NCBI GenBank assembly: GCA_964349125.1
Contig: CAYGFH010000001.1
Coordinates: 133,408-197,407 of the forward strand
DNA from: an uncultured Gammaproteobacteria bacterium
GTDB taxonomy: Bacteria > Patescibacteriota > Microgenomatia > UBA10105 > UBA927
DNA: 64,000 nt
Reading direction: 5' to 3'
Each line of letters opens with the position of its first letter. The stretch's first letter is position 1. Both the position numbers and the translations under genes were made by a program. A model generated the notes under the pieces. It worked only from the letters and a program-made list of their open reading frames with translations, searched no databases and was not told where the DNA came from. Shown here in pieces: positions 58,386 through 64,000 of the stretch.

Positions 58386-59342
58386 CTATACTCTCTCGCG
58401 CCAATAGTTGAGGAGATCTTCCATTGTTTGTTTGAATGGCACGTTTGGCTTCCATCCTGTTTTGGTGACAAATTTACTGTTATCACCCAGAAGCACTGGT
58501 ACATCGCTTGGTCTCATGCGCGCTGGATCCGGCTTTATCTCGACTTTCACTTTGGACATGGAGAGCAACATATCAAGCATATCTCCTATTTTGATTGTTG
58601 TTCCTGTGCATATATTGTACACGTCACCCGGATCACACTTCTCTACAGCCAACAAGTATGCTGCTACCATATCTCGTACGTCTGTGTAGTCCCGTGTCGC
58701 ATCGAGGTTTCCCACATGGATGATAGGTTCCTGCTTTCCCTTTTCGATCATGGCGATTTGCTTCGCAAAATTTGATTCTGCAAACGTATCTCCACGCCGT
58801 GGACCTGTGTGGTTGAATCCCCGTGTTCTGATAATTCGTTCTTTATAGGATTGGTAATACTGGTACCCCAGATAGTCCATCGCGACTTTTGATACCGCAT
58901 ATGGGCTCAAAGGTCGAAGTGGGTTTGTCTCTTTTATTGGCACTTCATTTTCATATACCATTCCATATTCTTCTGAAGAACAGGCAATTTGGATTACAGG
59001 ATCAATCCCGGCCATTCGCACTGCTTCAAACAAATTGGCGGATCCGACGATGTTTACCTCAAGGGTTACAGAAGGTGATACCCAGGATGTAGGCACAAAT
59101 GATTGTGCGGCCAAATGGAACACGTAATCCGGCTTTATGCGGGACATAGTTGAATACATACTGTGCGTATCCATAAGATCCGCATCTTCCAGGTGTAATT
59201 TGTTTATGATTGATTCAATATGATCAGTCTTACTGCGGGGACGAACAAATCCGTACACTTCATACCCTTTGGACAGCAAAAGCTCCGCGAGATGACTTCC
59301 AACAAATCCGGCTATACCACTGATAAATGCTTTTTTTTGCAT
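58386..59342 (-). CDS. NAD(P)-dependent sugar-nucleotide 4,6-dehydratase/reductase of the Gmd/Rmd family.
   Basis: ISGIAGFVGSHLAELLLSKGYEVYGFVR, HLAAQSFV and GNLDATRDYTDVRD motifs. A GGAGG SD lies 4 nt upstream of the ATG. Confidence 0.8.
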   Translation of the reverse strand: MQKKAFISGIAGFVGSHLAELLLSKGYEVYGFVRPRSKTDHIESIINKLHLEDADLMDTHSMYSTMSRIKPDYVFHLAAQSFVPTSWVSPSVTLEVNIVGSANLFEAVRMAGIDPVIQIACSSEEYGMVYENEVPIKETNPLRPLSPYAVSKVAMDYLGYQYYQSYKERIIRTRGFNHTGPRRGDTFAESNFAKQIAMIEKGKQEPIIHVGNLDATRDYTDVRDMVAAYLLAVEKCDPGDVYNICTGTTIKIGDMLDMLLSMSKVKVEIKPDPARMRPSDVPVLLGDNSKFVTKTGWKPNVPFKQTMEDLLNYWRERV

Positions 59343-59366
59343 AACACCTCCAAAAAATCAATACGT

Positions 59367-60665
59367 TTACATCCGTCCTACACCATAATACACAAATCCG
59401 TGTTGTTTTACACGCGTAGGATCATACACATTTCTCCCGTCAAATAATACGGGATTCTTGCATTTCTTTGCAAGGGAAGATAAATCAAGCTGTCTGAATT
59501 CATTCCATTCTGTCACTACCGCGACCGCATCCGCGCCATCTGCAGCTTCATATGGATTAGTGGCAAATACCACTGATTCAGGTAATACGCGTTTTGAATT
59601 ATCCATTGCCACAGGATCGTACGCTACAACCGTTGCTCCCGCTTTTATGAGTGAATCTATGATAATTACGGATGGTGCATCGCGCATGTCATCCGTATTA
59701 GGCTTAAATGACAATCCCAGCACCGCAATCCGCTTGCCCTTCAGATTATTGTCAAAATGTGTGACTATCTTTTGAATGAAGTGCTCTGACGCCTGTTTAT
59801 TTACCTCGTCTACGGCTTTTAACAGAGTGAAATCATACCCATGTTCCCCAGCAATTGCGATAAGTGCTTTCACATCCTTCGGAAAACAGCTTCCGCCATA
59901 CCCAACACCGGGATATAGGAAACTTCTGCCAAGCCGTTTATCTAGACCCACGCCCTCGAGTACGTGTTCCACATCTGCACCCACCTTCTCGGCAATAAAC
60001 GCGATGGCGTTAGCAAATGATATTTTGGTTGATAAGAGAGAATTACTTGAGTATTTTATAAGTTCAGCGGTTTCGACATTTGTCAGTACTAATTTCCCTC
60101 CAATGGGTTTATGCAATTCCGAAAGTAAGTCTTTCGCTTTTTCGGATGTGGAACCTATCACTACGCGTTCCGGGTGGAGCGTGTCAGATATAGCTGTACC
60201 TTCCCGAAGGAACTCAGGTACAGAGGCGATATCAAATGTCGAGTCTGGTCGTTTGTTCGCCCGAAGGATCTCAGAAACTTTCTGATTAGTTCCGGGAGGA
60301 ACGGTACTTTTCGTTACAACAACTTTATATCCTGACAGTTCGGCAGCGATACTTTTTGCAGCCTCAAATACATTTGTGAGATTGGCTTCTCCGGTTGGCA
60401 TCGGAGGAGTTCCAACGCAAATAAACACGATGGAGGATGGGGTAACAGCGTCTTTATATGAAAGGGTAAAAATAAGCCTGCCAGCATCTACGTTTCGCTT
60501 CACAAGTTCAGCGAGTCCCGGCTCGAAAAACGGTGCGATTCCCTGTTTTAATTTTTCTATTTTTTCTTTTGTGCGTCCGACAACCCATACCGTATTTCCC
60601 AGATCGGCAAATACTGCTGCTGTAACCAAACCTACATATCCATGACCAACAAATGTTATAACCAT
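59367..60665 (-). CDS. ugd: UDP-glucose 6-dehydrogenase family (nucleotide-sugar dehydrogenase).
   Basis: N-terminal FVGHGYVGLVTAAVFADLGN Rossmann fold, the catalytic GGSCFPKDV motif, 432 aa. Confidence 0.9.
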   Translation of the reverse strand: MVITFVGHGYVGLVTAAVFADLGNTVWVVGRTKEKIEKLKQGIAPFFEPGLAELVKRNVDAGRLIFTLSYKDAVTPSSIVFICVGTPPMPTGEANLTNVFEAAKSIAAELSGYKVVVTKSTVPPGTNQKVSEILRANKRPDSTFDIASVPEFLREGTAISDTLHPERVVIGSTSEKAKDLLSELHKPIGGKLVLTNVETAELIKYSSNSLLSTKISFANAIAFIAEKVGADVEHVLEGVGLDKRLGRSFLYPGVGYGGSCFPKDVKALIAIAGEHGYDFTLLKAVDEVNKQASEHFIQKIVTHFDNNLKGKRIAVLGLSFKPNTDDMRDAPSVIIIDSLIKAGATVVAYDPVAMDNSKRVLPESVVFATNPYEAADGADAVAVVTEWNEFRQLDLSSLAKKCKNPVLFDGRNVYDPTRVKQHGFVYYGVGRM

Positions 60666-60703
60666 AATAAAAATAGGGACGCATACCTACTCGCTCGGCG
60701 TCC
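60666..60703 (-). terminator. Terminator-like or attenuator hairpin plus U-tract between rfbD and ugd.
   Basis: On the minus strand, GGACGC-(15 nt loop)-GCGTCC is followed by CUAUUUUUAUU directly before the ugd ATG. The large loop lowers confidence. Confidence 0.25.
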
Positions 60704-60737
60704 AAGCATTATAGTATCATAATTTATATTTTTCTGC

Positions 60738-61604
60738 TTATGATTCCTGCGATTTCACTTCCTTGATTCCATCCAAAAACGAGCGTGGGGTGAATCCCAA
60801 TCGCTGAATTTTTTGCTGTGTCAAAACAGCATATTGTGGCGCGGGTGCCCGATCCTTAAACATTTGGGCAAATGTTGTCTTGTGAATCAAAGATTCGCTC
60901 AGTCCGAACACCTCTGCTATAGAGATAGCCGCTTCATACGGGGATATCGCAGTGGATGAAACCACGTGGTATATACCGCTGGCATTTTCCCTGACCAACA
61001 CATCCATAGCACGTGCCAAATCATCTATAAATGTCGGGACAAATTGCTGATCGTCAGGAGCGGTAATTTCCAACCCCTGCTGTAGCCTTTCAAGCATCTT
61101 ATGAACAAAGTCTTTTTTCCCTACCGGATGTGCTCTATAGGGATTCGATATTCTGATGATAAGTCCGTTTTCTCCAAGTGAACTGACGCGCTTGGCGCCC
61201 TCAGTCTTCGTAATTGCGTACCATCCGAGAGGATTTGTCGCTGCGTCTTCGTCATACGGTCCGTTTTTCCCATCAAACGCGTAATCAGTGTCTATATACA
61301 CGAGACGTTTGTTGAATTTTTTGCAATTTGCCACTATGTTTTCCGTTGCAAGGACATTCACTTTCCATGCTGCGCTGTTTTCTTGTAATTCACGTTCTTT
61401 TTCCGCTCCTTGTACATCGGTATAGGCTGCAAGGTGAAACACCCAAAGGGCATCGGATTTTTGGAAGTAAGAATCCACATCATCCTTCTTGGTAATGTCT
61501 ATACCGTTTTCCAGGCTCAGATTCTGAAACGTCATATGGTCACCCAACAGGGCGACAAGTCTGGTTCCTACGAGTCCCGAAAGGCCTGTTCCCAGTATAT
61601 TCAT
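60738..61604 (-). CDS. rfbD: dTDP-4-dehydrorhamnose reductase.
   Basis: 288 aa, N-terminal ILGTGLSGLVG, in the RmlD family. It is the last gene of an rml block and overlaps rfbB by 4 bp. Confidence 0.85.
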   Translation of the reverse strand: MNILGTGLSGLVGTRLVALLGDHMTFQNLSLENGIDITKKDDVDSYFQKSDALWVFHLAAYTDVQGAEKERELQENSAAWKVNVLATENIVANCKKFNKRLVYIDTDYAFDGKNGPYDEDAATNPLGWYAITKTEGAKRVSSLGENGLIIRISNPYRAHPVGKKDFVHKMLERLQQGLEITAPDDQQFVPTFIDDLARAMDVLVRENASGIYHVVSSTAISPYEAAISIAEVFGLSESLIHKTTFAQMFKDRAPAPQYAVLTQQKIQRLGFTPRSFLDGIKEVKSQES

Positions 61605-62617
61605 GTCGTACCTCCATACTGCTTTTTATAATATGACGCATATTCACCTGACTTAATCCTCTTCCACCATGATTCATGAGAGATAAACCAATCAATGGTG
61701 CGTGACAGATACGTATCAAAATCATGTTGTGGGGACCAGCCAAGCTCTGTGTGGATCTTCGTCCAATTCATGGCGTACCGCCTGTCATGTCCAGGTCTAT
61801 CCGTGACAAATTCAATACTGGACTCATCTTTTTTCATATAGGCAAGAATTTTGCGAACGAGGGTTATATTATCCACATCCTCTGTCATGCCGCCTATGCA
61901 ATATGTTTCTCCAATTGTGCCGTTTTGCAGTATGACATCTATTGCACGGCAATGATCCTCCACGTACAACCAATCACGGACATTTTTCCCGTCACCGTAT
62001 ACCGGAACTTTTTTTCCCTCTATGAGGTTTGTGATGGCAAGAGGGATTAATTTTTCTGGAAAATGAAACGGTCCGAAGTTGTTTGAGCAGTTCGTGATGG
62101 TAACAGGCAAACCGTAGGTGTGGTAATACGCCCGCACCAAATGATCCGACGCAGCCTTACTTGCCGAGTACGGACTTCTGGGATCATACGGAGTACTCTC
62201 TTGAAATTTATCCTGACTCTCAAGTGCAAGTGATCCGAATACCTCGTCTGTGGACACGTGGTGGAACCGTTTGACCTTGTGCCGCAAGGCCGCATCCAAG
62301 AGTACCTGTGTGCCTACCACATTGGTATGGATGAATGGAAACGGCTCCGCGATAGACCGGTCTACATGGCTTTCCGCAGCAAAATGCACGACTATATCCA
62401 CATCCTTCATTGCCAAATCCATAGCGGCGCTGTCTGTGATGTCAGCGTGCAGGAATCGATATTTTTCCAATGAAGATACAGTCTCCAAATTCTCCAGATT
62501 TCCGGCATAGGTGAGGGCATCCACATTTACTATTGAATCGTCAGGATGCGCTCCCATCCAGTAGAGAATGAAATTTGATCCGATAAACCCAGCGCCACCG
62601 GTAACAAGAAGCTTCAT
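61601..62617 (-). CDS. rfbB: dTDP-glucose 4,6-dehydratase.
   Basis: MKLLVTGGAGFIGSNF...VNVDALTYAGN...HVSTDEVFG...YSASKAASDHL is the RmlB signature. The ORF track start at 62662 is probably too early. Confidence 0.9.
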   Translation of the reverse strand: MKLLVTGGAGFIGSNFILYWMGAHPDDSIVNVDALTYAGNLENLETVSSLEKYRFLHADITDSAAMDLAMKDVDIVVHFAAESHVDRSIAEPFPFIHTNVVGTQVLLDAALRHKVKRFHHVSTDEVFGSLALESQDKFQESTPYDPRSPYSASKAASDHLVRAYYHTYGLPVTITNCSNNFGPFHFPEKLIPLAITNLIEGKKVPVYGDGKNVRDWLYVEDHCRAIDVILQNGTIGETYCIGGMTEDVDNITLVRKILAYMKKDESSIEFVTDRPGHDRRYAMNWTKIHTELGWSPQHDFDTYLSRTIDWFISHESWWKRIKSGEYASYYKKQYGGTT

Positions 62618-62619
62618 AG

Positions 62620-63096
62620 TTAGGTAATATTTGTATTGGTGATTGGCATACCATCCACCCAATCATACCCTATCTCAGCGTCATTGTAGGGAATTCTGCC
62701 TTCTTCATCTTTAGAATAAACGCCACTCGTTACGTACACTAAATCAGCAGGTCCTTTCATAACCTTCAGGCCATGTGCAACCCCAAACGGAATCTTGAGC
62801 ACCAAATTTGGTCCACTTTCGGTGTTTAACATGAACTCATTGGTTTCTTTATACGTTGGAGAATCCTTGCGTGCGTCATACACGACAGCCTTCACTACAC
62901 CCTGGGCGACATACCACCAGTCAATTTGAGTTTTGTGTATGTGCCATGCTTTCACCACACCCTGATGCATAAATGAGTGTGAAACCTGCGCGAACCCTTC
63001 GGCAAAAAATTCATCGGTTTTTCTGATCATTTCTTCGAAGTATCCCCGCTCGTCAGGATGGCGGACTAATTCTTTTATTTGGACACCGGCTATCAT
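62620..63096 (-). CDS. rfbC: dTDP-4-dehydrorhamnose 3,5-epimerase.
   Basis: 158 aa. HPDERGYFEE and WHIHK motifs in a cupin fold, as in RmlC. Confidence 0.85.
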   Translation of the reverse strand: MIAGVQIKELVRHPDERGYFEEMIRKTDEFFAEGFAQVSHSFMHQGVVKAWHIHKTQIDWWYVAQGVVKAVVYDARKDSPTYKETNEFMLNTESGPNLVLKIPFGVAHGLKVMKGPADLVYVTSGVYSKDEEGRIPYNDAEIGYDWVDGMPITNTNIT

Positions 63097-63830
63097 AGTT
63101 CCCCTTTCTTTACCTTTTGGGCGACATCATTATTGGCAAACAGCAATTCATCATATGATGTTCCAGCATCTACCCACCAATCGATTACCTGGCAAGACAG
63201 GGTTCCATCCTTGAGATAGCAGTTATTCAAATCTGTGACCTCAAGCTCCTGTCGGTCTGATGGTTTGAGTGTACGAATATACTCAAACACTTTACTGTCA
63301 TACATATATATACCCGTCTGGGCTATATCTGATTTTGGATTTTCCGGCTTCTCCTCGATGGAAAGCACTTTGCCGTCAGGACCCATTTCGATAACACCGT
63401 ACTGTTTGGAATCAGTATCACGATGTATGCCAAATATCATGGCGCCTTGTTTGGTCGAGTCCATTTTTTCAACAGCACTTCGAAGATCAAAATTAAAGAT
63501 ATTATCACCCAGAATCACCAGAATCGGCTCATCATGCGCGAATTCTTCGGCGAGAGCTATAGCCTGTGCTATTCCGCCTTTGGGATTTTTCTGGATCGCG
63601 TAATACAGCTTTAGGTTAAACGCTTCTCCAGCACCCAATAGGTTGGCAAAATGGCCAGCATGATCAGGCGCTGTGGATAACAGTACCTCTGTCACACCCG
63701 CTTTTTTCATAGCCTCGAGTGGATAGTAAATCATTGGCTTATGATATATAGGAAGTAAATGCTTGTTCGTAACGAGGGTAAGCGGCTGTAACCGCGTTGC
63801 CATACCTCCGGCTAAAATAACACCTTTCAT
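63093..63830 (-). CDS. rfbA: Glucose-1-phosphate thymidylyltransferase.
   Basis: MKGVILAGGMATRLQPLT...KHLLPIY, the RmlA N-terminus. A GGAGG SD lies 7 nt upstream of the ATG at 63830. The ORF track start at 63887 is too early. Confidence 0.9.
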   Translation of the reverse strand: MKGVILAGGMATRLQPLTLVTNKHLLPIYHKPMIYYPLEAMKKAGVTEVLLSTAPDHAGHFANLLGAGEAFNLKLYYAIQKNPKGGIAQAIALAEEFAHDEPILVILGDNIFNFDLRSAVEKMDSTKQGAMIFGIHRDTDSKQYGVIEMGPDGKVLSIEEKPENPKSDIAQTGIYMYDSKVFEYIRTLKPSDRQELEVTDLNNCYLKDGTLSCQVIDWWVDAGTSYDELLFANNDVAQKVKKGEL

Positions 63831-63849
63831 AACGTAACCTCCTCTTTCT

Positions 63850-64000
63850 TCATGACCGAATAATTGTAGCGAGTAGCACAATGGCAATTGCGCCTATGAG
63901 CAGATATTCTATCACAATTCGGCGGTGAATACTGCGCTCAAGGATATGATGGATAATCCCCCAAAAGACATAGGATATGGAGACAACTATTCCGATTGCC
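63850..64000 (-). CDS. 3' end of a membrane protein gene that continues beyond the window. Only the C-terminal 50 aa are visible.
   Basis: Open frame on the minus strand ending at the TGA (63850-63852). The translation AIGIVVSISYVFWGIIHHILERSIHRRIVIEYLLIGAIAIVLLATIIRS is hydrophobic. It sits directly upstream of rfbA. Confidence 0.35.
   Translation of the reverse strand, partial: AIGIVVSISYVFWGIIHHILERSIHRRIVIEYLLIGAIAIVLLATIIRS

Noticed and set aside
1-64000. Searched by eye for CRISPR arrays, tRNA/rRNA genes, integrases, transposases and phage genes.
   Set aside because: Intergenic space is minimal, with the largest gaps about 100-146 bp. No direct-repeat/spacer periodicity, no tRNA-like elements and no recombinase-like ORFs were seen.

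Overview
This 64-kb window is almost entirely a glycan-biosynthesis super-cluster. I call about 52 protein-coding genes, one of them partial at the 3' edge. I see no rRNA, tRNA, CRISPR array or mobile element.

Gene content, as read from the translations:
- About 20 large polytopic membrane proteins with the look of GT-C fold lipid-linked-sugar glycosyltransferases. They fall into several paralogous families: 5 PTPS-related (PF10131-like), 6 PMT/ArnT GT39-like with a DE...GYNAY.ILKTGRDE.G motif, 3 of a second ArnT-like subfamily, 3 clear YfhO homologues, 2 DUF2029-like, and 2 further candidates.
- About 13 GT2 glycosyltransferases. Several look like DPM1/GtrB-type polyprenol-phosphate sugar synthases, and one is fused to a C-terminal GtrA-like domain.
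- 4 GT4 (GT-B fold) glycosyltransferases.
- 2 Wzx-like flippases.
- Nucleotide-sugar enzymes: a complete rfbA-rfbC-rfbB-rfbD dTDP-rhamnose block, a UDP-glucose 6-dehydrogenase, a Gmd/Rmd-like SDR, a GME-like epimerase, and a DegT aminotransferase paired with a hexapeptide acetyltransferase.

Genes are tightly packed, with many 4-bp ATGA start/stop overlaps. Most lie on the minus strand, with a plus-strand island at 26.3-33.8 kb. A co-directional minus-strand run from 38586 to the window end holds about 23 genes. Recognisable SD sequences (GGAGG) precede several genes.

The most interesting reading is a modular multi-paralog system. It appears to pair polyprenol-P-sugar synthases with extracytoplasmic GT-C transferases, which points to elaborate glycosylation of a surface acceptor. 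This is analogous in logic to mycobacterial lipoglycan/Pmt or Gtr/YfhO systems but far more expanded. All family assignments are by eye from motifs, with no search run, and should be confirmed by HMM searches.
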